Shown here: one piece after another, positions 21,946 to 32,624 of the stretch | How the letters are laid out: each line of letters starts with the position of its first letter | Numbering within the stretch: position 1 is the first letter of the stretch | Position numbers and translations under genes: made by a program | The notes under the pieces: generated by a model | Database searches by the model: none | Seen by the model: the letters and a program-made list of their open reading frames with translations, nothing else | What the model was told of the DNA's origin: nothing | From: Macrostomum lignano | Lineage: Eukaryota | Assembly: GCA_002269645.1 (NCBI GenBank) | Contig: NIVC01000312.1 | Location: forward strand, 1-64,000 | Length of the DNA: 64,000 bases | Direction of reading: 5' to 3'

Positions 21946-23667
21946 TTACAGTATTCTGCAGCAGCATCGAAATTTTGATTCCTTTTCGTCAACGGCAGCA
22001 CCAGCAAAGTGGCCAGATTCTGCGTCGCCTCCGTTGTATCCTTGGTTGTCATGCCCCTCCTCCGCCTGACCACCATTTGTGTGATTATTCACAAAGTACT
22101 CGCTCTTCTCATCTACACTTTGAACTATGTACTGCTCCTGCAACACCTGCTGTCTCTGCCGTTCCTGCTGCTGCTTCTGTCTTTGCTGCTCTTGCAATCT
22201 CCGTTGCTGTTCTAGCAACTGTTGCTGTCTCTGTCTCTGCCGTTCCTGTTGCTGCTTCTGTCTTTGCTGCTCTTGTAATCTCTGTTGCTGTTCTAGCAAC
22301 TGTTGCTGTCTCTGCTGCTCCAGCAACTTTTGCTGTCTCTGCTGCTCCAGCAACTGCTGCTGTCTCTGCTGTTCCTGCCATTGCTGTAATCTTGGATTCT
22401 CTCGAAGCTGTTGCTCTCTTTGCTCCTGCAGCATCCTCTGCTTTTGCTGCTCCTGCAACATTCTCTGCTTTCGCTGCTGCTCCTGCAACATTCTCTGCTT
22501 TCGTTGCTGCTCCTGCAACATTCTCTGCTTTTGCTGCTCCTGCAACATCCTCTGCTGCTCCTCCAGCATCTGCTTTCGCTGCTGCTCCTCCAGCATCTGC
22601 TTTCGCTGCTGCTCCTCCAGCATCTGCTTTCGCTGCTGCTCCTCCAGCATCTGCTTTCGCTGCTGCTCCTCCAGCCTCTGCTTTCGCTGCTGCTCCTCCA
22701 GCATCTGCTTTCGCTGCTGCTCCTGCAACCTCCTTTGCTGCTGCTCCACCAGCATCTGCTTTCGCTGCTGCTCCTGCAACATCCTCTGCTGCTGCTCCTC
22801 CAGCATCTGCTTTCGCTGCTGCTCCTGCAACATCCTCTGCTTTCGCTGCTCCTGCAACATCCTCTGCTGCTGCTTCTGCAACATCCTCTGCTGCTGCTCC
22901 TGTAGCTTCTGCTTCTTATAACAAGCAACCCTAAGAGCTTCGATAGCATTCTCGTAATTATTGGTTGGAACATAACGCAGGTGAAAGTTTCCTCGTTTTC
23001 TCGTGTACAGACAAATTCCTTTGCCAGTAAATGTTCTTCCAAATCCGTACTCCTTCAGTTGCTGCACTTGTCTGATCTCAATATCCATTACAAGAATGTA
23101 TCCCACATTGCTCAGCAACTGAGGCAGCTTCACGCCAACTAGACTCAAATTCCTACCAGCGTCGACAAAACTCAGACTGATGATGTCGAATGGTTGAGCC
23201 GTTAGCTTTCGGTCAAGCACAAAGTCCTCCATGGGCATTTCAATGAACTCCCGTCTCGATGTGTTGAAACACCAATCCGATGTGGCCTGTGCGAATTCGC
23301 CGTCAAAAGCGCTCCAGTCCCAGGGAAACGCGTCAACTCCAATGCAGCTCAGCTGCAGCAGCCTACCGCTGTGCACCTGACTAACCTCGCCTCTGTGTAC
23401 AACATCTTTGATGGCTCTGACGACTCCAAGCAGGTCGCTGCCGGGACCGCAACCGAGCGACAAGATCCGGATCTCCCGAGGCTGCGGCTCGCTGCAAACT
23501 GACTGCAGAAGTTGCTTCACCTCGTCTCGTATTTGCGTCTGCACGAGCCTAGACTTGCGTATAAACTCTTTCTGTGTATAAGCCTTGCGGAATTCCGGGT
23601 CGCTGTAGAATCTCAAGTCCTCTTTGTGCTTGGCATCAAGCCATTCCTGGTAAATTGGACAGTCCAT
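21946..23667 (-). CDS. Class I SAM-dependent methyltransferase-like protein with Gln/Glu-rich coiled-coil repeat tail (paralogue 1; possibly a pseudogene)
   Basis: Motif I ILSLGCGPGSD, motif II IGVD, post-III FDIISLSF; ~220 aa of (EEQQRKQML)-type repeats. An in-frame upstream ATG at 23754 is cut off by TAA at 23730-23728, where paralogue 2 has CAA. Confidence 0.75.
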   Translation of the reverse strand: MDCPIYQEWLDAKHKEDLRFYSDPEFRKAYTQKEFIRKSRLVQTQIRDEVKQLLQSVCSEPQPREIRILSLGCGPGSDLLGVVRAIKDVVHRGEVSQVHSGRLLQLSCIGVDAFPWDWSAFDGEFAQATSDWCFNTSRREFIEMPMEDFVLDRKLTAQPFDIISLSFVDAGRNLSLVGVKLPQLLSNVGYILVMDIEIRQVQQLKEYGFGRTFTGKGICLYTRKRGNFHLRYVPTNNYENAIEALRVACYKKQKLQEQQQRMLQKQQQRMLQEQRKQRMLQEQQRKQMLEEQQQRMLQEQQRKQMLVEQQQRRLQEQQRKQMLEEQQRKQRLEEQQRKQMLEEQQRKQMLEEQQRKQMLEEQQRKQMLEEQQRMLQEQQKQRMLQEQQRKQRMLQEQQRKQRMLQEQQKQRMLQEQREQQLRENPRLQQWQEQQRQQQLLEQQRQQKLLEQQRQQQLLEQQQRLQEQQRQKQQQERQRQRQQQLLEQQRRLQEQQRQKQQQERQRQQVLQEQYIVQSVDEKSEYFVNNHTNGGQAEEGHDNQGYNGGDAESGHFAGAAVDEKESKFRCCCRIL

Positions 23668-24329
23668 GATCTTTTGCTCTGGCTCTACTCGTAGGATTTC
23701 AGCTCTCTGCTTTGCATCTGCCTCCTTTTAATACGCAGACTTGTGCAAATACATTTATTTCTTGGAAATTCCAGTCTATCATTAGACTGGTGCACTATCA
23801 TTAGTGCACACAACTCGAAAGACGTACGCATTAATTTCCTTCTCTACCTCCAAAAACTCCACTGCGGAGTTTATACACAACGCGTACATTAGCCAACCGG
23901 GCCGAAAAGAACAAGGAGAAGACGCAGGGGGTGGTGGCGAAAAGGAGGACGAAACGAGCCCAGCGAAAGCGAGTGTATTTGACGCAAAATTGGAGTATTG
24001 CAAGCAATGGAGTAAAAGCAGAGGAATAAAAGCAGAACGAAAATGCAGAAGGTAAAGACAAGCACACAGGAAAAAAAATTAGCCAAGCATGCCAACGCTG
24101 AGGGGCAGAACACGCGAATAAAAGGGCCAGCGCGACCCCAACCCTCACCACCCCACACCACCCACACTGCACACCGCACCCACACCCCCACCCAGCGGCA
24201 GAGGCACCGGCCCCGGTCAGCTAAAGCCGATTACAGAGCCAGTAAACCGGCCCTGAAATCACAACATTGGCCAACCGGGCCGAAAGGAACAAGGAGAAGA
24301 CGCGGGGGGTGGCGGCGAAAAGTCGGGCA

Positions 24330-24950
24330 AAACGAGCCCAAAACTCCCAAGAAAACGAGAGGTGAAAGTTACACAGACGGAAGGTGGGACGCCAGCCGAA
24401 GCGGAAGGTACCGCTCTACCGCGCTGCTCGCCCAGTCGCCGACCCGCATGATAGCGTCGACGGAGATGCCGGCATTCGCGGCGGACGTGGCGCCCCCCCC
24501 CCTCGCCGCAACAAGTGTCCGGAAAAGCTGGCCGGCTCTGAAAACCCAGCCGCCCGCAGGGCCGCCTCCAGCTGCCTGGCAAAGGTGCGTGCGGTGAGCG
24601 GCGCGAGGGCTCCACGCCTGCGGGCCCCGAAAAGATGATGCTGAGCATCTTGTGGACGGTTGATGAGCAGCTACTTCTCGAGCGCTGCAACTGGGCAAAG
24701 CCGATTGCCGGCTGGGAGCCGCGGCAAAAAGACTCGGTGTTGGCGCGCACCAAACTGGTTTGTCTTCGACCTCGAAATGACGAGAACAACGCCGGCACTC
24801 GCCGGCCTGATGCAGCTCGCGCTGAGGTCTCGAAGGGGGTCAAACCGACCGGCGACACACAAATTGGCCCGTCGCAGCATGGCCCTCTGGACAGCGGGTC
24901 CGCGAGGAGCTAAAAGCGGCCAGGCATGTGATTCGCTGGATAATGTCACG
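24330..24950 (-). pseudogene. Tyrosine recombinase, C-terminal part, frameshifted
   Basis: MLRRANL (R), RSKTNQ (K), SGHLLRRGG(A) (HxxR), VGDWASSAVERY (W, Y). The N-terminal half appears deleted. Confidence 0.85.
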
Positions 24951-26550
24951 CTAGATGCAGGTCAGAGTGACGAGCCTCTGCAGGTCGGCGATGCCGCGAT
25001 CCTCGGCCGAGCTAGATTTGATGATGCCACAGGCAGCGGTGCTGTCCGTGTACACCGCAACGGAGCGGCCGCTGAGGGCCTCTTGATGCTTCAGGATAGC
25101 GACCAGAGGGGCGGCGCACTCCTTGAGGTTGATGTGGAGCTCTTCGAACTCGCAGTCGAGTTGCCAGCTAATAAAAAGCCCGGTCGAGTCACTGTCGTTG
25201 AAGTGCAGCACCGCACCGCCGCCTGCGTAGCAGGCATCAGACTCGATAGCGGCGGCCGGCCGACGAGATGGCCAAGCGGACTTTGGCGGCAGAGTGCTCA
25301 ACGCGATCGTCCACCACTCCAGCTGAGACCTGAGCTCCACCGTAACTTGAACACGGTCGGACGGATGCGTCAGGCTATTGGCGAGATCGATTAGCGGACG
25401 CAGGAAGTTTCGACCGTGCTGAGCGGTTGTGCACATATGGCTGATGCCCTAGCAGCTTCTGCAACTCAGACTTTGACACGTCTTGCTGCGACAGGCAGGT
25501 GCGAAGCAGGAACTGAAGCTTCTTGGCTTTGTCAGCTGGGAAAGAGAGGCTCGCTTGCACGGTATCGATGTCTATCCCCAGGAACCGCAGCTTGGTTGTT
25601 GGCGGCACAGATTTTCTCTTGTTGATGACGAATCCAAGCTCGGTGAGCAGGTTACGCAGCTCGCAGTAGGCTCGTTTGCACTCAGCTTCTGTCCTCGACA
25701 TGACAAGAAAATCATCTATGAAGACGATGGTGGCCAAGAAGCCTTTGCGGCACATCATACGCCGAACCGCTTGAGTGAGACGATGGAAGATGCTGACAGA
25801 GGCACGACTGCCGAATGGTAGGCGGGTGTCCACTATGTGAGCTGAGCGCCCGTCACCAAAGTCCCAGTGGATCCCGGTGGCTTGATAGCACTGCGGAAAA
25901 ATGGGCACAGCACGATAGGCTGACGCGATGTCAACCTTCGCCATGAACCAGCCCGGCTGCATCAACCTGACGGCCTCATCGACAAAAGTGAAGCGGAGCT
26001 TGCGCTTCTGGGCGTAGTGATCGTTCAGGCTTTCAGGAGGAACGGAGCAGTCGTCGATCAGCCGGATGCTGGCGCTGTCGTTAGGAATCGTGTTGAGCGG
26101 GCAGACCATCGTGGGCTTGTCCGCCACCGGGGTGTATCCGCCCAGACGGATTTCTTCTTCCAGGGCTGCTTGGACTTGGTCGCGCTTTTGGTAGGCGGAT
26201 TGGTGGTTGCGTAGAAAACAGGGCGTAAAATCAAGGTCATCAGCGATAGGGAAGCCATGCTCGATGCCGTCAAGAATAAAATCTGCGTCGTGGTCGCCGG
26301 CGAGCTCCAGGCGCCAGGCGTCGATTCGGAGATCGCCAGACGGCCACGTCAGATCAGAGATTTGAGTAAGTGGCCTGCGGAGGCCTGCCGCCGGGGCAGG
26401 CTGCGCCGGGTTGTTAAAATCAAGCGCAATCGGCGCGCTTTCTCTGTTTTTTTTGTGATTCTGCTCGGACTGGTTGCCCTCGCAGACTCGAAAGGCATGT
26501 AGAAAGGGACAGTTTGTCTTTGAGCATCCGTTGGTGCTGTTTAAAGACAA
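24951..26550 (-). pseudogene. DIRS-type reverse transcriptase/RNase H, frameshifted
   Basis: KVDIASAYRAVP, RLPFGSRAS, VFIDDFL, FLGIDIDT; RNase H ESDAC, HINLKE, YTDS in a second frame (24951-25436). Confidence 0.9.
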
Positions 26551-27447
26551 ACATAGCTCACGCCTGAGGATGTTCGCGGCCCAACGATGCGGTTCTTGTT
26601 AGACTGGGGGTGCCTAGCTGTCTGGTTCTGCTGGTCAGTCTCGGTGCTGAGCAGGTGCCTGATAGACATCTGGGAGCAGTCTTTGCCTCAGCGGAGGTTG
26701 TTGGCGGCGCGGTGCTGGCGGTAGTCGGGGTCGAATCGAACCACCCGGTGCACTGGAAATCGGTCGAAAAAGCTCGGCCACTTGGATGTTGTACCGGGCG
26801 TAGTCCTTGGCTTGTTCCACCGGGGTGTGCGGCTGGCCCTTGTTAGTTACCTGATGCGGCGTCTCGTCGAGCATCTGCAGCAGGATCCTCATGCTGTCTG
26901 ATAGCCACTGTCCGACTGTCATGCCGTCTAATTTAGTTGTCGACTTCTTGAGCACCAGTCCGCCTGAGCTGCCCCGGGTGAGCAGCTCGTCTGCTTGGCC
27001 CGACAGGTCGTCGACAAAGTCTTTGACGAGCAGACACGGCATCCCAGTCGGTCGGGGACTGGCATTCGCGCCGACGGTGCCTGTTTGGTTCAGGATTTTT
27101 CAGCGAGAATGTTTTGAAGCTCACCTGATTCCATACCTGATGTCACACTGGCTCGTTCTCGCAACTCCCGCTCCCGTGTTTGTAGCTCCAGGAGCTGCAA
27201 CCGCTTCTGGGCCCGCCGGATCTCGCCGTCCAGATCCGCCTTCTGTGTCCCGGCCTTGCAGCTCCGTCCGCTCGCCTGGTGATGCTGATCGATCTGAGTG
27301 CTGTGCTGTATCCCCTTGGATCGCTGTCTGATTGATGTGCTGGCACAGTCTGGCTAGTAAGTCTGCTTTGTTGACTGCAGTTGATAGCCCTCGGCTACCA
27401 AGCTCACTCTTGAGTTGTTTGGCTGTTAGCGTGTCAGCGCGAAGCAT
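26551..27447 (-). pseudogene. Gag-like ORF1 with N-terminal SAP motif, frameshifted
   Basis: LTAKQLKSELGSRGLSTAVNKADLLARL is a SAP consensus; Ngaro-like gag middle (WLSDSMRILLQML...YARYNIQVAELF); Cys/His motif GCSKTNCPFLH at the ORF1/RT overlap. Confidence 0.7.
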
Positions 27448-27619
27448 ATCGCCAGTGAGATATCGATACCTTAGTTAGCCACAAAAAATTTTAGCCAAGG
27501 ACTAGCAATCTTCGCCCCGATGGGGGACATCTGGATAGAATCTCTGTTCTCTACAAGTAACAAAAAGACAGCGAAATGAAGCCTTTACAAAGGCAACAGA
27601 CATTCCCTCTAAAATAAAA

Positions 27620-27970
27620 CATCCCAAGACAGCAAGCATCCCCCCAGATAGCAAGCACCCCCCCAAATACAATAGCAAGCACCCCCGAATACAATAGCAA
27701 GAAGCATCCCCCAAATAGCAAGCATCCACCAGACAGCAAGCATCCTTCCGATAGCAAGCATCCCTTAGATAGCAAGCATCCCCCAAATAGCAAGCATTCC
27801 TGGATACAAATAATCCTAGCTTATAGATAGCTAGCAACCCCCTCTCAGATACCAAGTACCCTCCAACCCTCAAGAGCAAGCATCCCCCAATAGCAAGTTA
27901 CCTCACATAGCAAGCATCCTTCCGATAGCAAGCATCCCTCAGATTAGCAAGCATCCCTCAGATAGCAAGT
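27620..27970. repeat. Degenerate ~19-21-bp minisatellite (ATAGCAAGCATCCCC core)
   Basis: More than 12 imperfect units. Confidence 0.85.
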
Positions 27971-27989
27971 ACCTAGTGCAACAATTTCC

Positions 27990-28210
27990 TTAGCTTTACA
28001 GTGGCTCTTTTATGTTTGACATGACGCGTCTTTTTGCGTTTCAAATATTGTCTTTCTTATGTTTGACGTCGCGGCTCATTTCTGTTTTACACGGTGCCTC
28101 TTTCATGTTTGACATGGTGGCTCTTTTATGTTTGACATGGTGGCTCTTTTATGTTTGACATGGTGGCTCTTTTCTGTTTGACATGGTGGCTCTTTCATGT
28201 TTGACAGACA
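27990..28210. repeat. 23-bp minisatellite (TGGCTCTTTTATGTTTGACATGG)
   Basis: About four near-exact units plus degenerate upstream units. Confidence 0.85.
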
Positions 28211-28279
28211 TAACAGGCCGGTGCGGCGATAGAGTACCTCATTGGTGACTCGCTCGTAGCCGATCTTAAAGGCGGCGCG

Positions 28280-28740
28280 CCGCAGGCCAGCGTGCGCCGC
28301 ATCGACCTGCAGCTGTTTCGAGCGAATCCGTCAGCGTCCAGGTATCGGCGTTGTACAACAGGACGGCGGCTTAGTGTGCTTGGCTACGCCGACGATCTCG
28401 CCCTGCTGTCCTCGACCGCTAAGGGTGCCCAGCGGCAGCTGGACCGGCTGGTAAGCGTTAAGGCGAGCGTCGGCCTGGTGGTTAACAAGCGCAGAAGACC
28501 GTCGTGCTCTGCGTGCCGGACGACATCGGGGCTGTGATTTTCTGCCGAGGCGCTGACGGACAGGGGACGAGGCTACCGCGCTTCCATCAGTTTGTCTACC
28601 TCGGCGGCTGGTGTCTGACGTTCGCGAGGATCTGCCCGACGTCGCCGTGGACTTGCCTGGGCTGCCTTCCGTTCCGCGAAGGCTGTCCTGCAGTCCGAGG
28701 CCGTCATGCCCGAACGCCAGAGCGGTGATCGAGACCGCGT
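28280..28740 (+). mobile_element. Degenerate RTE-like non-LTR retrotransposon RT fragment
   Basis: VLGYADDLALLSST...AQRQLDRL...GLVVNK, then FVYLGG in another frame. Confidence 0.75.
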
Positions 28741-29822
28741 CCTGTTGTAAAATTTTACAATAATTTTAGCTCTAGAGACACACTAAATGTAGTTGACTAT
28801 AAATGGAACATATAATTTAATTAAATTTAAAAGTCCTTCTGTCATACATGTATGTCAGCAGCGTTCAAATGCTAATATGCCATCACACACGAATGATTGT
28901 GTAAGCCGCGCGTTTAAGTGCGGCACGGGACTGCTGCGCGTGGCAGCTTTGGCACGTGCGATCGAACCGTGCCCTGCCACCCCCTGAAGCCCGTGGCGTG
29001 TGCCTAGAAGGCGAGGACGTTAAATGGAGGAGAGAGCTAAAAACTTTCTCTCCCTGTAAAGTTAAATAAACTAGCACATCGGTCCGAGAGACTCCACCGA
29101 TCTTTCCACTACGGGCCTGAGCTCGGCCGTTGGCTCCTGGCTACGGAAAAATGTAAAAATGTAGCCCGAGCATTTTTTGTGTTCCATCTTTTGCTGTCGT
29201 AGACAGAAGGTAGTGGATAAGTAACAAAAATATCCGCTGCAAAATATAAACCACGCCAAATGTATCCATGGATTAACATTATTTAACATTTAAACTTGAT
29301 TGATTAACCCCTCAAAGTCCCCCAAAAATGATAAATAATGGTCTACTCTGTTCAATGACATAAGTGATAAAGGTATGGAAGAGAGTGGTGACAGCTGGGT
29401 TTATGCATTTTCTAATTTATGCATTGTGACAGACAAGTGTGCAGAAGGGGGGATCATCCAGAGGGCAAACATCGGGAGGCAAACGTTGGCGGGCAAAGGT
29501 CGGCTCTCAAATATGCGGTGGGCAATAATGCGGCGGACAGACGTCGGCAAAACAAAAACGTCTGACAGATGAAATTTCGGTGGGCAAATGGAGGCGGCGA
29601 TGCGTCGAGCCACGGCCGCGTTTCGGTGCGGCTGATCTCCCTGGTGGCTGCAGCCTGCGGTGGTTGAATATAATAGCGCATATTGGGCAGCTGTTTTGAT
29701 GCAACTTTGCAATTACGCTACTGCTAGTAGTTTTTGTTTAGGAAAATGTCCTAAAGGTTAGTTAGGTATTTTTTTATTTTGGTAGATATAGAATAGAGCT
29801 AGCTTGGATGGAAGAAGAGATT

Positions 29823-31707
29823 GGTTTTGTCTCGCATAGAGACGCCTAACCGCAGTCACTCCTGTGAAACTTGTCTCTGCCTGGCTGAAAGCTTGTAATG
29901 AGTGAGTAGGCTGAGTTGGAGGGTAATAGTGGATCGGGAAGGGCTGTGGGTAGCTGTATAGGAAGGCAGGCCTATACCTGTACCAAGGTGCTCTGACGGT
30001 ATCCCTCAGGCGCCCTCTGAGCGTACAGCCAGCGACCCTATTAAAGCTGGAGTGTGCCAGAACCAGGACTGAGTCTGAGCAGGACGAGACCGTTGGCACG
30101 GTCACTATAGAAATGGCGGGTTGGCGAAGCAAAGGGTGAAATAGTCCCGGCGAATAGCCCTCCTGCCGCTTCAATGATAAGAGACTGTCTGGCAAGAGTA
30201 CCCGGGGTTTAGTTGGGGGGGAGGCTCCTTCGGGTTGCCACGGCCGTGGGGGCGGTCAATTGACCGGTTTTTGGCTTTTCTAACCCTGGAGAAGGCACGG
30301 GCTTCCCTGATTGGTTCACTCAACCCCCTCTGGCCCCGGGGAGGTTTATGAATTGTACCCGGGGGTGGTGGGCGGTCGGCCCCAGCATGGTTGCCACGGT
30401 ATACGCGTCTTTCTCTGGGGCCTTTGAGTTCGTGTTCTCACTTTCTTAAGATAGATGTCTAGCGGTCTAAGGTTCTTACATCTCTTAGTCTCTCCTATCA
30501 GGCCGCCAGAGAAGACCGTATAAACTGACGGGATCTCCTAGTATCTAAGCTGAGTTGGAGTCTCTCTAAGATTTGCTCTATGTCACCGTTAAGGCAAATG
30601 ATCGATTTGAGACTCGGGTTTCTGTCAACTGGATAATCCAGAAACTAATTCAAATGGAGCAATTCGAGATCGAAAACTGCGCAGGAAAAAAAAACGAAGC
30701 GCCGCTCCAGTTTGAGATGAGCGTCTATTTGTACCAATTAGCATTTTTGGCCTCCCCCGCCGCCGGTGGGGTGTCTTCGCGTTGTTAGCAACGGCGGGGG
30801 GTTTTGAGCAATAACAAACTGGGACTCAGTCCCCTAATTGTACATGAACTTAGTTAGTTCTAATAGGTTGCTAAGTGTGAAGGTTAGAGATTATTCGGGC
30901 TTTCGCAAATCTATGTGTTGAGTTGGATAAAATTTGGGATAGAAAGATTATAGAAAAAGTGCTTAGTTTTCCGTCTCTAAACTCTGTCCATTGATGATTA
31001 AACAGTCCTCTGTTTCTCTCGGTTGTCAGGCAGCTTGGGGTTGATCTCGCCTTCTTGGGCCGCTTCGGGTTGGGTAGGAGTCTCTAGGTGGGCCTCACGT
31101 TTTCTCCCTCAGGGTGCGCCAGAAGATGCCGCGTGCCGCGTTGTTCTCTAAGTCAGGCCGCTGCTCAGTTTGCTTTTCCCGGCCGGTTTAGTCGCCATTG
31201 TGCCTGCGGCGAGGTGACGCTACTAACTGGAATGGAGAGAGGCTTTGTTAGATTCGGCTATTCAAATTGACTTGACAGTTGATTAATTATCTTAAAGCTG
31301 CTTCTATTTGCTCTTCTAGTAGCTATCTAGGGGTTCCATTGTACTCTTCTGCCTCGCCCTTCACTGTGCCTGGGCTTTTCATAAATTTCTACCTATCTTC
31401 TAACTTGGGGTCAAAACTTCAGATTTCTAACTCTTATACACGGCTCTAGGCCTTCGGGCCATCCCTAATAGGCTAAAGGGTCTATCTAACCTGGTTTTGG
31501 GCACGGGCTCCTGACTGGTTCGTCGAACCGCTGTCACTGTCCCCCGGGGAGGTTTGGTTTTTATGATTCTGCCCTGTACAGTCCTCTATAGTCTAACTTG
31601 GCTTTTAGTGTACATAAGTACACTCCCTATCTGGAACTCATATATTTCTCTAGTGGCGTAAGAGCCTGCTCAATGGCTGAGGCGCCGTTTTACTTATTTA
31701 GTTAGTT
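29823..31707 (+). mobile_element. Unclassified ~1.9-kb insertion (insert A), probably retroelement-derived
   Basis: Flanked by the 15-bp direct repeat ATGGAAGAAGAGATT (29808-29822 / 31708-31722); 3' stem-loop motif shared with LINE insert B; no convincing ORF. Confidence 0.5.
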
Positions 31708-31725
31708 ATGGAAGAAGAGATTCGA

Positions 31726-32610
31726 TAACCATTCCTTATCACGACTCTGTTCGGTTCTTAGGCATCATCCTTGACAAACAGCTCACTTTCAAGCCTCACC
31801 TTGCCAAAACTGTAAGCGCTGCTCAAAACAAGCTGTTTGCGCTCCAACGCCTAGCCAAAAAGACCGGTATCTCACAGTTAGGGCTCAGGCTCATCTATAG
31901 ACTTTAAATTGAGAGTTGTATGGTATATAGTGCTCCAGTGCTGATACATCTCACGGATGTTCAGCTCAAAAAGCTACAGTTGCTGCAGAACAAAGCGCTC
32001 AGGGTGTCACTTGACGCCCCTCTGTACACTAAAATTAGCTACTTGCACTACATCACAAAGATGCCAATAATTAGAGAGCGCATCTAGAACCTAGCCAAGC
32101 GCTGGTATAAAAATAGTGAAGCAACTGAGGTGCATAATTTTGACCTAGACACCAAGAAATGGGATAGAAGGGGGTTCAGGGTGCCAATAAATGTATACAA
32201 CAAACCATGACACTAAACTTCTCGGTTCTACATTGCAACACCCTTCTTTGTGTCACTCCTTATCTCTGTCCTTGTGTTCTCTCATGCCTTACCTACCCTC
32301 TCTATCTCATATTGCCACATAGTTTTAATTGTTTTAATTTGTTTTACAACACCCTCTCCTCCTCAATTCTCTTCAATTTGTTTTACTGTACTTCGATTTG
32401 TTTTACTGTACTTCGATTTGTTTTACTGTTATTCGATTTTTTAATTTGATTTTATCACTCGCACCACTTTTATTCATAAAATGTGACCAACAATCGACAA
32501 ATTTGTAATACAACAAAATAAACTTATGACGTATGAGCCGACAAGGCTGAAGCGCCGGGCAACTATTTAAAGCCCAATCACTTAACAAAGAAAAAGAAAA
32601 GAAAAAAAAC
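31726..32610 (+). mobile_element. 5'-truncated Jockey/I-group-like LINE (insert B)
   Basis: RT C-terminus IPYHDSVRFLGIILDKQLTFKPHL...IESCMVYSAP...KLQLLQNKALR with stops; A-rich tail; 16-bp TSD GGAAGAAGAGATTCGA (31710-31725 / 32611-32626). Confidence 0.85.
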
Positions 32611-32624
32611 GGAAGAAGAGATTC

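Larger units (their letters stand above)
23888..27500 (-). mobile_element. Decayed Ngaro/DIRS-order tyrosine-recombinase retrotransposon
   Basis: Gag, RT, RNase H and YR in order on the minus strand; ~75-bp imperfect direct repeats at the 3' end (23888-23962, 24266-24340); short motif shared between 24071-24087 and 27483-27499, consistent with split direct repeats; no LTR/TSD. Confidence 0.88.

Noticed and set aside
21855-22934. Ala-rich antifreeze/mucin-like and Cys-rich ORFs (also 37827-38903)
   Set aside because: Antisense readings of the CAG-rich poly-Gln repeats.
21946-23667. DNA methyltransferase or restriction-modification-like system
   Set aside because: No DPPY/NPPY or PCQ catalytic motif and no partner nuclease.
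29823-31707. Penelope-like element with a hammerhead ribozyme
   Set aside because: No CTGANGA...GAAA core with flanking helices and no RT/GIY-YIG motif found by eye.
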